From the NCBI GenBank assembly GCA_038087875.1, contig CM075990.1:5644001-5708000 (forward strand): DNA of 64,000 nucleotides, read 5' to 3'. The stretch is from Malacoraja senta (Eukaryota). A program made the position numbers and the translations under genes. The notes beneath the pieces were generated by a model. That model was not told the origin of the DNA and did not search any database. It saw nothing but the letters and a program-made list of their open reading frames with translations. Every line of letters begins with the position of its first letter. The first letter of the stretch is position 1. Positions 47,876 through 61,365 of this stretch are shown here, piece after piece.

Positions 47876-49062
47876 CATAACTGAACAGTTAGCTACATTA
47901 GTAGTAGCCTGTTGTCGCCCCAGTCCATGGAAAATTTCGGGTCTCTTATTTCAGAACCAGATGTTGGCTTAAAAAAAAAAAGTGGTAAATATGTGGTTTT
48001 TTTTAAATTTGATGTTATGTGTCTCCTCATGAAATCCATGGATCTCCTGGTGTTTTATAAATGATGTGTTATTGAAGAAATACAAACATTGTTGTAAGCA
48101 TAAATGTGGTTTAAAAAAAATTGAAGGCCAGTCAACCTAAAAATTCTGCTGTGAAAGACAATGATTGGGTGTTATATGATTACATTTCCGTGAAGTCATT
48201 TTCACCAAGATTGTGGACTTTACATGAGTGTGGTCGGATGCTTCTTCAGCATGGAACGTGAGCCTGGACTCCAGTTTTGTTGATTTTGTTCCCCCCCTCC
48301 CCCCCCCTGTCGTGCCTTGTAATTGGCAAGGGACACTTGGAACCAGACCTGTACCTCATATGAGGCCTGTGTACATAGGTGGCAGACTGTTGGGAAGCCA
48401 CCTTAACCTCACATTCATGTATCCTGTTGCTCTGGTCCTTTCCCATTGCTTCCACCTGTTGTGACTCCCAACACTCCACCTCCAAATTGATCGCGAACCA
48501 AACACTTGCTCCCTCCAATTGCTCGCCCTTCCTTCACCGCATTATGGTCGATGTTAGAGTTGTCGGGTAATAGTCACTGAAACAGATCACTTTACTTAAG
48601 GGCAGGAACGATGGAGGTTTCCTTGAATCCAACGGGGAGGGGAGATTGGAACACCATAGGTGTTTGTCATGTATATCTATGGGGTACTGTACTCATGTTG
48701 ATGCCTCACATGGAAGCTGGGAGAGCAGCAATTAGTTGGTGTCAAAAGTCAATGAGAGTCAGTGGGATGTGACTTTGGAAGTGGTGAACAATGCCCACCC
48801 AGTATATTAGTCATTTAGTCATGTGCTCAAGAGCTCATTTCTATCCTGGTATATTTTACAGTGCTTATGACAGTGTGATCATGAGTCCCATTATCCTGAG
48901 TGGGGCCTGCATCTGGACATGCTACCTGACCGAGTTTGCACTTGGGAATGTTATCAAAAATTAATTCAACAATCCAAGATTCATAACAGTTTGGGTATAG
49001 TTTAAGCAGTTAATGTGTCCAATCTTTTTTTCTTGCTTCCAACCCAACACTTCTTTCTGGGT

Positions 49063-49266
49063 AGACACAAAACGCTGGAGTACCTCAGCGGGACAGGCAG
49101 CATCTCTGGAGAGAAAGGAATGGGTGGCGTTTTGGGTCCAGAAGAAGGGTCTCGACCTGAAACATCACCCATTCCTTGTCTTCAGAGATGCTGCCTGTCC
49201 CGCTGAGTTACTCCAGCTTTTTGTGTCTACCTTCAGTTTAAACCAGCATCTGCAGTTCCTTCTAAC
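49063..49266. mobile_element. Penelope-derived fold-back element
   Basis: Inverted arms. Direct repeat ACAC(T/C)TCTTTCTGGGT at 49047-49062 and 49267-49282. Confidence 0.75.
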
Positions 49267-50899
49267 ACACCTCTTTCTGGGTCTTGACATAAAACAACGA
49301 CCATTCCTTTCCTTCTATAAATGCTGCTTGACCTGCTGAGTTCATCCTACAATTAGTTTTTGTTCCAGGTTGCAACATCTGGCGTTTCTTGTGCCCCACT
49401 TGCTTTCAAGGGAAGATTTCCCATATAATTATGAACCAAGATTAATGAACAGAAGTTATGATATCAGCCTTGATGGCGTTAAGCCATACAATTAGAGTTG
49501 AAAGTACAGTTGATCTGTTTTCTCGTCAGTGCACTCCACAGTATTGAGATCATTTAATGGTACATTAAGATTGTGCAATTTAGCATATGGTGGAAATGAT
49601 ATCATTTATTCATAAATGAAGAGAGGTGGTTAGTACAACACTGTAACTGGTACAGAATTACACTGAGGAAAAAAAGGCCTCCCACTCTTTGAGTTTAGGT
49701 TTAGCTTTATTATTGTCACACGTACCAATGTACAGTGAGAATCTCATACACTCCACCAACTAGAAGGAAAAAGCATCAGCAGCTCTGGGAAAAACCATCA
49801 CTTCTAATTGTCAAAACATATCTGTATTTAAATAAATGTACAGAATAAAGTCTGGAGAAGTAAGGCATTCATAAATGGAAGACTGGTCTGTGGGGTGGTA
49901 CTCTACAGCTTGGATGGAACTAATTCCTAGGTAAACTTTAGTGATTACATAAACCACTTGGCTAAAACCATCTTGACCAAGACTCCATGTTGGTGAAGTT
50001 GTAGTTTTCTGAAATCTATTCTGCTCAATGCACTGCATTGAAAGAATGCAAACATTACAAAGTTATTCCACAGATAGTCTAAAAATCCCCACAGGGACTG
50101 ACTACTTAATTGCAGTGGGAACAGGAGACTGTTACTATTACTGCATATAATGTCCTGGTTGATAACCACATCAGCAGACGATCACTTCAGAGCCAATGTT
50201 GATCCCAATGGGAGATGTGTTTTATTTCATAAGCCAAATATATGAGAATTGACGTGACTCCAGTGAGTAAAATGCACGTGATGGAGCCAAGATCCTTTCC
50301 ATTTCATAGCTGGACACTTCCACTATGGAAGCTGGTCTCCATAGGTGTTGTAGTTGAGCCAAAAAGACTCAACAAAGGCATTTACATAATATTTCAGTCA
50401 CAACTAAACACTATACACTAGTGGACCAACTACATAATAACATGTAAACTCTAAACAAACATGCATTTGACCAAGAGTCCAGCGAACTGGAATTGTCCTC
50501 CTTTTTTTACATGTAAGGGAAAGTGCTTAACTGGAACCGAGACGGCTAGCGGTAGAAGATTGATTGGAAGGGAATGGTGAGTGTTGTGTGACCCTATCAA
50601 GGCTTAGGCCTGGTGATCAGAGTATCAGGACTAGCTGGTGGGGTGGGATGGTCGATGTGTATCAGCAATCGGAGGACCTCGAGTGGAGATAAGAATATCA
50701 CCAATCAGACATTTGATGCCAGGGGTGGAATGGTAATGCAAAAGTGGAAATCAGGGAATTGGGCCAGGGAGGAGGGAGGAGGGTGAAGTTCAGTATTGGG
50801 AATTATAAAAACATTTGATAAAATTCAGCCTTGTTGAATTAATTGCAACTAAGTTGTAAAACGGTGTGCTAAATCTTAATTACTGCTGAATACCTCTAA

Positions 50900-51149
50900 A
50901 GGGCCTGTCCCACTTTCCTGAGTTATCGTAGGTACTCGGGGCATCAGGTAAGTCAGGACGTTTTTTCAGCATGATGAAAAATGTCCACGAGTAAAAAAAA
51001 ATTGCCCCGAGTACCTACGGCTGGCATAACGAGCCGCTACAATATATCCACGGACTCCTAACGAACATTCTGCGAGTTTGAAAACTCGGGAGAATTCGTG
51101 AATAACTCGGAAGAATTTGTGAATAACTCAGGAATGTGGGACAGCCCCT
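50900..51149. mobile_element. MITE, PIF/Harbinger-like
   Basis: TIRs AGGGCCTGTCCCACTTTCCTGAGTTAT / ATAACTCAGGAATGTGGGACAGCCCCT, with TAA on both sides (50897-50899 and 51150-51152). Confidence 0.85.
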
Positions 51150-51186
51150 TAACTCTGCAAACAATACTAAGTTTGGAATATAATTT

Positions 51187-51408
51187 GTTCAAGAAGGAAC
51201 TGCAGATGCTGGAAAATCGAAGGTAGACAAAAGTGCTGGAGAGGCTCAGCGGGTGCGGCAGCATCTATGGAGCGAAGGAAATAGGCAACGTTTTGGGCCG
51301 AAACCCTTCTTCGGACTGAAGAAGGGTTTCGGCCCGAAACGTTGCCTATCTCCTTCGCTCCTTAGATGCTGCCGCACCCACTGAGATTCTGCAGCACTTT
51401 TGTCTACC
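51187..51408. mobile_element. Penelope-derived fold-back element with two divergent hammerhead-like cores
   Basis: About 95 bp inverted arms centred near 51314. Direct repeat TTGGAAT(A/G)TAATTT at 51173-51186 and 51409-51422. Confidence 0.8.
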
Positions 51409-52117
51409 TTGGAATGTAATTTCCTCAGTATTATTCCAAATTTTTATTTTGATGTATTTGCACGATATTTAATCCACTATGTGATGGAGCCTTAATTTAA
51501 ATAGAATGTAATATCATCCCTGATTTTAAATGTATGTTTTGATCATTTTTTAAAAAATGTCTAAAATTCCCAGTTTGATCTGATATTTCAACACAATTGT
51601 TCGGTTTTTCAACTTGAAACAGAATTAGTTTACATTAAATGATCACACTATGGTAATTGTTAGCTTGTGGATGAATTACTACTTGTAAAATCCCTTCACT
51701 CTCTGTAACCTGGGTATGGAAAACAATTAGGTGGTAAGTTATAGTGGCCTCTTCACCCACAACTCCCAAATTCTAATAAATAACAACGTGCTTCTTTGGC
51801 AACAGTGTTTGGTTTCTGTTTCATATAAATTTGCAGGAAACCAATATAACCCACTCCCACTTCAGCTAGACTGTGGTGCATTTATACTCCGGCAATGTCT
51901 TAAAAATACTACTTTACAAAATCATTGAAACAGTTCCTGTTTAAAAAAAAAGAACCTTGTGAGGTTAAATTGTGGCTTCATTTGAAATGTTGTTCAATCT
52001 AAGAGGATTTTCAGTCTGAAAACAATTGTACTCTTTTATATATAAACGCAGAGCCAGTTATTCTTTTATCAAGTTATTTCGCAACCTCCTGGGTTGTCTT
52101 GTATATCGTTATGTTTA

Positions 52118-52557
52118 TAACCATATAACCATATAACAATTACAGCACCGAAACAGGCCATCTCGACCCTTCTAGTCCGTGCCGAACACGTATTCTCCCC
52201 TAGTCCCATATACCTGCGCTCAGACCATAACCCTCCATTCCTTTCCCGTCCATATAACTATCCAATTTATTTTTAAATGATAAAAACGAACCTGCCTCCA
52301 CCACCTTCACTGGAAGCTCATTCCACACAGCCACCACTCTCTGAGTAAAGAAGTTCCCCCTCATGTTACCCCTAAACTTCTGTCCCTTAATTCTCAAGTC
52401 ATGTCCCCTTGTTTGAATCTTCCCTACTCTCAGTGGGAAAAGCTTATCCACGTCAACTCTGCCTATCCCTCTCATCATTTTAAAGACCTCTATCAAGTCC
52501 CCCCTTAACCTTCTGCGCTCCAAAGAATAAAGCCCTAACTTGTTCAACCTTTCTCTG
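52118..52557 (-). mobile_element. CR1 3' fragment, same young subfamily as 37975-41411
   Basis: RERLNKLGLYSLERRRLRGDLIEVFK...GYGLSAG.WD, nearly identical to the long copy, with a (GGTTATAT)n tail. Confidence 0.92.
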
Positions 52558-52906
52558 TTTGTGTGAGGTGGTCGATATATAAGCCCTGGTATGAATGGGA
52601 ACATTTTTGTCAATGAATTGAAGGGTGAGACAACAGAACCATTCTAAACTCATTCACAAGCAAAATATGATGGATAATCTAGAATTAAAAACAGATAATC
52701 CCAGGAACAAGTAGCAGGCTAGGTAGCATCTGAAGTGGAGTTCGCAATTCCATTTGAAGACCATTCATTAGAAGTGAAAAAAAGTTATGTGGCAGAGGTT
52801 CAGCGTGGGATAGAACAAAAGGGAATTCTATTAATTTACCAATGCAACTGAACGTTGCATTTATCATCAAATGTTACCACTTCTGAAGAGGAAAGGATTT
52901 GAAAGG

Positions 52907-53075
52907 GAGTGGCACAATAAACCCCCTGCCACACAGAGCCAGAGATCTGGGTTCAGCTTGGACCTAGGGTGCTGTGTGAAATTTGCTATGACCACCTGGG
53001 TTTCCTCCGGCTGCTGCGATTTCCTCCTGCATTCCAAAGATGTGCAGGTTGGTGCATTAATGGCCACTGTAAATT
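52907..53075 (+). mobile_element. V-SINE relic
   Basis: GTGGCAC head and decayed V-domain. Confidence 0.6.
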
Positions 53076-54689
53076 GCTTCTGGTGCATGACTGAATAGTA
53101 GAATCTGGCGGGAAGGGGGAGTCTATAACAATGTGGGATTAATAGATTCAGGAACAATTTATTCCCTGTTGATATCAAACTACATAACTCTTCTAAGATA
53201 ATGGTGTAGCCTCGATCTCCCTGACTATCCCATTGTGGCCCTGGCACCTACTTTTTTTTATCAGTATATTCTCTGTAACTAACACTGTAAAACTGTATTC
53301 TGCACTCTGGCGCGTTTGACTTTCTCTTTCCCGACTTGTGCATGATTTAACTGGATAACATGTAAGCTTTTTCATTGTATCTTGGTACATTGGACTATAA
53401 TAGACCAATCCAATAGAGTGGTGTAAATGGGTGGTTGATGATATTGTCTCAATGACTCTAAAACAGTGAAAAACTATTAGCAAAATGGATGTCAATCAGG
53501 CTCTTCAACAGTCATGTATTGCTAGGTACATCTGTACTTGTTGTCCAGGTTCCTCTGCAGTGCTCCAAAATCATATCATCCACAGTGACCCTGAGACAGA
53601 AATCATGTCTGGTCACAGCTGACCAAATGAAGCCAGATGACATGAAATTTGCAGCAATTCCCTGTGATAGATTTATTTTCAATTGCATAAAAGTGGGGAA
53701 AAAGAGCAGCATGCAGATGAATTTCATATGGCCCCAAAGAGATCACCTCCCAGTCTTCTCAGCGAGAGGATACTGGGCTAGTCTCTTCAATCATTTCTCA
53801 TAAGACAACCCCTCCATTGCTGGGAATTAATCCAGTGAACCTTTTCTGCACTGCAAGGGAAGTATTTCCTACACCATGACCACCTTGTTCAATGAGTCAG
53901 ATGTCACACGGTAGAAAGCTCCTGCAATGCGCTGTGGAGCTGCACAAAGACAGACCCGCTGGTCGCCATGATCAACCCAGCCGGCTGCCGAGAACAGGCC
54001 TGCGGCTGACCACGCGTGGTGGCCAGGCCTGGTTCAGCGTCACGAAGAAGGACCCGGTGGGCTGCTGCCTGCAAGGGAATATCGGAAGATGCTGAGCACA
54101 GCCAGTGAACCAGAGAGTCGAGGAGGAGGGAGCTGCTGGTGATGACGGACACGAGGAGTGGGCCGGTAGGAGAGGGACCCGGGTATTGCCTTCAAGGTCG
54201 GTGCGGGAGTTGCCCCCGTGACACAAAGTCGGGCGGGCGAGGAGAGGGACATCTGTTTGCGGGCTGAGCCGGTCGAGGGCGATGGAGGAGGTCCTGCAGC
54301 AGCCTGGGGCTTATCTGGATCAGGGGCGCTCCAGTACATCGAGCAGGTGGACCAGACTCTGGACTTTTTTCCATTTCTAGATGGCACCAAAATATGGTGA
54401 CTGTGCATGTGTGAGCAATGCAAAAAGAATTTCACTGTGCAGTGCATTCGTGACAATAAAGAACCATTCAACCACTGAATTCAATGATTAGCCCATAATG
54501 CTCAATACTTCCTCTTGCCACCATCATTCCACCCCCCACTGCCCCATCTACCAACCTTAGACCTGGCATCCCAGAGGCATGCATTCAACTATGAAAATCT
54601 GCTATGCCCTGTTATTAGTGCCTACTGCAATGACTGTCAGCTGTTTGTGTTCTCTAAAAGGTCCAGGCAAATCCATTTTATCACTTTCA

Positions 54690-54910
54690 GTTAGAAATAT
54701 TGACTGTAATAGTGGAAACTCATTGATCTTTTTGTCGAATATTGTTCTGGATATTTTTATATTCCCTGGAGAGGGCAGATGAAGTCTTGATTTAGTTTCA
54801 CATCTGAAGGACAAGATGCCTGACAGTGCAGCCCCTCCACACTTCACTGGAATGCCAAGCTGAATTATGAGGTCAAATTTCTTGAGAGCTCCCACTGAGT
54901 CACGGCCAAC
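54690..54910 (-). mobile_element. Degenerate Deu-domain SINE relic
   Basis: GAGAGGGCAGA...TTTAG..TCACATCTGAAGGAC...CTGACAGTGCAGC.C.TCC resembles the reverse complement of the recalled DeuSINE core. Confidence 0.55.
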
Positions 54911-54959
54911 ATTGTGAGCTGCTTCTTTTCCTGATGGCCATTCTTGTATGTGTTTAGTA

Positions 54960-54960
54960 A

Positions 54961-55000
<40 letters not shown>
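54960..55000. repeat. (TAT)n microsatellite (probable retroelement tail)
   Basis: Read directly from the sequence. Confidence 0.9.
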
Positions 55001-55002
<2 letters not shown>

Positions 55003-57571
55003 ACTTTATTTTGGACTCAAGGTCCAGACAAGGGACGACATTACATAAAATACATTGCATATAGAAACACCATAAAATACATATAAAAGCTTAGTATATT
55101 ACTTATGAAAGCATCATAAATTATATTAAAAAAAAACACAATACATGATTTAAAATCCAGAATAAAAAAGAAAGATCAGGGTCCTACAATGAGACAGTGA
55201 TACCAGTGTCTCCACAACTGGGATTTGTAGCGTGTAGTGCTTAATACATGTATATATTAGCACAATGAAGAAAGACAGACAGTACATTGTAAATTTGGGG
55301 GTGGGGGGTGTGAGTGGTGAAGTGGAGTTATTGAAGGCTTGTGTAATGCGAGAAAGGGAATATTATAAAATCACCATTGCAGTTTTGCAAAATATGAAAC
55401 TTATTTAGTCTAAGCAAACTCCCCAGCTGCCACTCTGTACAACATCACTTAACAAAGCCTATCAGTATGCCGAGCTTTCTTGCCACAATTAGCAACTGGA
55501 GGAAAACAGCTGATTCCAGTTGCCGCAGACTGATATCTTGGGAAGTCTCCGGTGATACATGAAACAGACGTGGGTTTGAGTCACTGGAAAAATGATCAGC
55601 GATTTGTTTTCTTGAGAATTGTTGGCCGTTATTCAATGAACCACAAAACTTAGCTTGAAGAGAAGCAACACTTCATCAGAATCCAGTTTGACGCACAGTG
55701 CTGAGCCAGCATTAAGTTGTTTTTGAAGATAGCTTGACTGGCATTATGTATTAAACCCATTAAAAATGTTACTGGAATGTAACAGAAATGTGAGCTGGCA
55801 GATTTCACTGTATTTAGCAGTTCTGGGACCATGCTGTAAATTTCAGACCCATATTTTTTATACTGAAAGATATTGAATATAAAGGACATTTTTTTTCAAT
55901 AACTGCTGCCAATTTTAGCACTGTAAAGCTTGTAAGGAATTCTTAGCAATGGAGGTCCCTAGCAACCTGGAATGCTACACATATGTGTGTACAAACTCAG
56001 GCAGGTATTTAAATAAACTTGCATAGCCTTTCTTTAGAACAGTTTGAGCGAGGGAGGTCTGGGCTCAGCACATTTTCAGCATTAACTGAAGAAAGCTGAG
56101 ATCTATTTATGAAAACCTATTTTTAAAAATCACTAGTTCTGCTCTAGCAAGAAAAATCTGTACTTTAAGTCGAGTCAGTTTAAAAAAATATTGTGCTAAC
56201 AGGGTACTGATTGCAATGGTCATGGAGGTTCCCAAACCTAGTATAAGACTATCAAAAATATCATGGTTGTACTATTCTTTTGTACTATCATAGGGAAATG
56301 GTGTATCTTCAAGAGAAATCTTTAGTGTCCTTGCATTTCCTTTGCCATGGGTTTAAGAATGCTGGTGTTTATGAGCAAAGTTGCAGGTGATTTGTAGGGC
56401 TGGAATTACGAGAAAATCCCTGTGTGAATTTGTTTCAGGAATGTCAGGTTTTCTTTTCCTTGTGTTTTATGCATCGTTAAAATGTCTTCTCAGATTTCTT
56501 GGGGTTAGGGCAATTGAAAGTGCAGCAGACAGGATTAGTAAAGATGATTTCTGTTAGAATTTTGGTTTGAAATGCCCAAACCAAGTTTCTGATGACATCT
56601 GCACTGGTTCGGTGAGTTTACCCGTGTGAGTTTTTTCACTATTTGTTGGATTTGTGTCGTGTGGGATGTGGGAGTTGCTGGCAAGGCAGCAGTTCTTTTG
56701 TGCACTGCTGTTTGCCCCTGAGAAGGCAGTGGTGAGTGTTTTTGTTTGAAACATTGCATTCTTTCTGCTTAAGGTATTGACACAGTGCTGTTAGGAAACA
56801 TTTTCCAGATTTTGATCCGGTAATAATGAGGGATCAGATGGTGTGTGACTTGGATGGAAACTTGCAATAATTGGTGTTCTTCTGTGGATTCCTTGTCTTT
56901 TTCGGCATGCGTTTGGGTGGGGAACCTTTGCATTTCTGTATCTAGCCAGTATATGTTATAGTGCACTGGTGGTGAAGGAAATGAATGATAGAATCATAAA
57001 GCACAGAGACAGGCCTTTTGGCTCACATTATCCATGCCAACCAGTCCTATGAGGGTTTACAGGTACTGTGGAAGAAATAATCTATTTGAGTTGCAAGGTA
57101 GTGGGAGTAGACAGTGGACCTGTGCATTTAAAGCTAGTGTGGGAGACTGGAGTTCCCTGTGGAAGAGTGGGAGAGACACGGTCCACTTGAATGGAGTGGT
57201 AGCACCAGAAAGTAGTGAGTTTGCGATTATTCTGTGTACTGAGTGGGGATGGAGTTGAGTGAAATGGTCCTGAGTCTGTGGAATGAATTTGCTTTCTTTG
57301 AGTGGGACTCGCCAACTGTCCCGTGGAGGACCAAAATATGAGGCTGGCAGCCATCAGACGGCATGGCTGCCAGGATAGATGGATGCCCCAGTAATGTTAC
57401 TTATGGATGGTAATTGGCTGAATGTTGACAGTGGGGATCAGTAATCATTGCTGTATGTCAAGAGGAGGCAGTTGGACTCTCTTTTGTGGAGCTGTTCATT
57501 GCAAGGCACCAGTGATGATTGCTACAAGGCGAGATACTCTGAAAGCAGCAAGGGTAAGACAGTTTCTAGTA

Positions 57572-57748
57572 CAGGGGTTCCCAACCTTTTTCATCCCATT
57601 TACCCCTGGCAACTTCAATAGCATATAACAATGTTATTGCACTTATTTATGAACAACTAATGATGAGTATACCAGAACCAAACAGAGTCAGTCAATGAGA
57701 AAAAATTACCCCCCTGGGGGTAAATTTACCCCAGGTTAGGAACCCTTG
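57572..57748. mobile_element. hAT (Charlie-like) MITE
   Basis: TIRs CAGGGGTTCCCAACCT / AGGTTAGGAACCCTTG and a perfect 8-bp TSD TTCTAGTA at 57564-57571 and 57749-57756. Confidence 0.92.
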
Positions 57749-57819
57749 TTCTAGTACATCCTTTTTCCTCAGTGGCAATTTTATGAGAACACCACAGAAT
57801 GGTCAGTGTGACCAGTGGT

Positions 57820-58820
57820 ATACACAAATGCTGGGAACGTAGACATTTATGATGTACATTGATGACTTGATGTGAAGGTAGTGGGAATGATGAGTACATT
57901 TGCGAATAACACGGGAAATGGTGGAGCTGGTAGAGAGTGGAGGATACTTATAGGTTGCAACGTGATTTAGATCAGCTGGTAAATTGGATGGAGTAATGAA
58001 AACAAAAGTGTTTAATCCCCACAAGGCAAGGTGATGCACTTTGGGATGGCAAACAAGGATAGGACATACACTATAAAACCTATAAAAGAAAGGGCCCTGG
58101 GGAGTATTGATGAACAGAGCAATCTTTGGCTAATAGTCCATATATCTCTTAAAGTGCCAACATAGATAGGCAAGATGGTGAAGAAGGCATAAGTGATACA
58201 TGCCTTGATCGGCTGTGGCATAGGGTAGAAGAGTTGGGAGGCCATGTTACAACTTTATTAAATATTGTTCGACCACACCTGAGTTTCAATTTAGTTTATT
58301 GTCATGTGCAGTGAAAAGCTTTTGTTGCGCGCTAACCAGTCAGCGGAAAGACAATACATGATTACAATTGAGCCATTTACATGTATAGATACATGATAAG
58401 GGAATAACGTTAATGCAAGATAAAGCCAGTAAAGTCTGATCAAAGATAGTCTGAGGATCTCCAATGAGGTAGATAGTAGTTCTGGACCACTAGGTAGGAT
58501 GTGGAAGGATGATTCAGTTGCCTGATAACAGCTGGGAAGAAACTGTCCCTGAATCTGAAGTGTGCGTTCTCACACTTCTATACCTTTTGCCCGATGGGAG
58601 AGGGGAGAGGAGGGGTTGGCCAGGGTGCGACTCGTTCTGGAGTAGTGTGTGCAGTTCTGTCCACCATGGTATAGAATATAGAACAGTACAGCACAGTATA
58701 GGAAGCACGTGAATGCACAGGAGAGCATGCAGATGAGATTCACTAGGATGCTGTCTGGATTTCAGTGGTAAGAAGAGATTAGGTACACTGGGTGTGTTTT
58801 CCCTAGACCGGAGAAAGCTG
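57820..58820. mobile_element. Degenerate CR1 RT (+) interrupted by a Rex/Babar 3' fragment (-, about 58283-58637)
   Basis: The CR1 text GACCACACCTGAG breaks and resumes as CTGGAGTAGTGTGTGCAGTTCTG after the insert. The insert encodes LSPLPSGKRYRSVRTHT. Confidence 0.7.
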
Positions 58821-59695
58821 TGAATCTTGGCTCAGTTATTTATGGTTGGGGCTTACTTCAAGGTGACTATTGATCTATCAGAACCAAAGTTATTTTATGT
58901 CTAATCTTCACTTGTACTTGTATGTCTGAAGAGGAGAATAAATGGTGATGGACCTGAACATTTACCTTTTTGTTTGGTCTCACCTTTTATTGTCATCCCT
59001 GTATTCATATTGCTTTTCTGAAAACCAGCAATTAGCCGTGCAACTTTGTGCCTTTTGTGATCTAATTGTACTCTGACAGGCTTGCGATCTTACTTGGTTA
59101 TCAGAGATCCCACGTTTTGTAATGACTTGAAGGAAACCTAGGAAGAACATTGAACTAATTTGGTATTAATAAAATTAAACTTGACCATATGCTGACATAC
59201 ATTCCTGTGAGATTGGATAATCAGCCACAATCCAGGGGCACTGTCTGAAAATAGAAATAAGACCATAAGTAAGAGGAGTGGCAGTTAAGAAGGCACTGCT
59301 GGATTTTTACAGATTGGATTTATACTGGTGGCAATGTGTTCTTCACATAACACACAAGATTCCTGAAAGACCCAGAGAAAAGAGGTTTATGTTAGCTTCT
59401 CTGGGAACCTTCCATCAATGTGTCGCTGATTAGTTTAGTTTATTATTGTCACGTATACCAAAATATAGTGAAAAGTTTTTGTTTGCCTGCTATCCAGTCA
59501 AAGACATGCTATATACATGATTTCCATCAAGCCGTCCACAGTAGGCCGATAAAGGATAAAACATTTAGTATAACATAAAGTCCGATCCATACTCACTGTT
59601 TTCTACTTGGTTTTTTACGTTTTCCTTCCAATGATAAGGGCATGTGATGCTCATTATTATTATTAGAATTTTTCTAGCACTGCGCTTAAGTACAA

Positions 59696-59822
59696 AATAT
59701 GTATTTTTACTTCTATTTATTTTTCACTGCACACTGAAATGGACACTGTTTTTTTTGTTTCCTCTGGGTATGCGAATACTCAGGAAATGACAATAAAGAT
59801 ATACAATACAATACAATACAAT
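59696..59822 (+). mobile_element. Rex/Babar 3' end, same family as 15922-16620
   Basis: CCTCTGGGTATGCGAATACTCAGGAAATGACAATAAAGATATACAATACAATAC is the reverse complement of 15922-15990. Confidence 0.85.
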
Positions 59823-61365
59823 AGGACAAACAGATTTATTGTTCTTCGTACGCAGATAATTCTCTCCAGGTAGCCAGTGAGCCCACAAGTTGAAGCCATT
59901 TTTGCTTTACACGGATTCAGGTTTTGAACTGCCTGGTCTCTTCCTTCAGCTCCGACCCATCACCTCCTCATCTTTTCCTGCCTCAACACATCTATGCAAG
60001 TATGCCCTGAATTGTGGAGAGGAATATTGGTAAGACCTATTGGTGAAGATATTGGATCAGGAATAAAGTTGGCTCTCCTTTACTCCAAATCTCTTTGCTG
60101 CTCAACAGCTGGTACTCAAGAGTATAGTTAGCACACTAATAAAAATGATAACATCTCTCTGGTGGAATGTCTCAACAGAAGTAGCAACTTTTGGAGAAGT
60201 TGGCATGCAGAGGTGTATGAAAGGTTATAATGGAAAGTGTCCTAAAATGTACGAGTTTCTATGTAATTCAACTAATCAATGAAGTAGATTATTGTAAACT
60301 GCAGTCATTTAACAGATTAGTTAACATATCAATTCACCTCATAAATCATGAGCAGTTATGCTGTAGGGAATTCCTTCTTTGAAGGTTACGCTAAATCAGT
60401 ATCGTGGCAGTTTGCCAGTTAGTCAATTAAAATAATGAAAGTAGCCCTGTCCGTTTATCAGGTACTAAATTATGCATCATTCTATTGAACGGGGACCTTG
60501 TGTTGTTCTTTTGGTTATTTTCATTATCTGCATTCACTTTCTTCTACTTAGTTTTATGTTTTTCTTCTAATGATAGAAGCACACGATACTCAAAATTATT
60601 AGAATTTTTCTAGCACTGTGCTTAAGTACAATAGGAAAAATTTATTTATCAATATATCCAGATATATTGAACAGTATTGTCTAGTTGCAGTGAAAATCAC
60701 AGGACTGTGGGTTAATCCCAAACCCGTTATCCTGAGATATTGATAGTCTCTTGAACAGCCTAATCAGCTACGATATGATTTACCAGCTTTAAACTCAATG
60801 TCACAACTGATGAAGGCAAGCAGACTGTACGCTTTGTTGACCACCGTAACCCACTTGTGTTGCTGCTTTCACCCTTCTTGCACCCTAAATTACATGAATG
60901 CTCCTCAGATTCTTGCCATTTACTTACCTTCCTCTTGCATTTGACCTCCAAAAACACATCACCTCATACTTGTCTGGATTAAACTACATCTGCCATTTCT
61001 CCAGCCACAGATCCAAGTGATCTATACCCTGCTACTTTCTTTGACTATCCACAACCTCATTATTTAGAACTTCATAATGTTTTGTTTCATCAGATTTGCT
61101 CGTAGGACCACCTACATTTTCATCTGAGTCATTTATGTGTAGAGGTCCCAGCACTGATCCTTGCAGAACACTATTGGTCACAGATGTCCTGTCAGTGAAG
61201 GTATTGCCACAATGCTGATAGGTTGGGAGCACCTGAAATTACACCCAGTGATGCTGAAGAATATAGTTGATATATTTGATTTGTCAGCATAGCAAATATT
61301 TTGCCATTTAAAGGGGGATCCTCAGTTGATGGTGTTCCCAAGCATCTCCTGCCTTTGTACTTGGT

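Noticed and set aside
51220..51410. Hairpin as a miRNA gene or a DNA-transposon MITE
   Set aside because: The arms are Penelope terminal sequence, the element has an asymmetric tail and a long variable TSD, and nothing in the sequence alone supports miRNA processing.
59840..59880. Minus-strand YLERII peptide
   Set aside because: Wrong strand for PALD1 and no further similarity.
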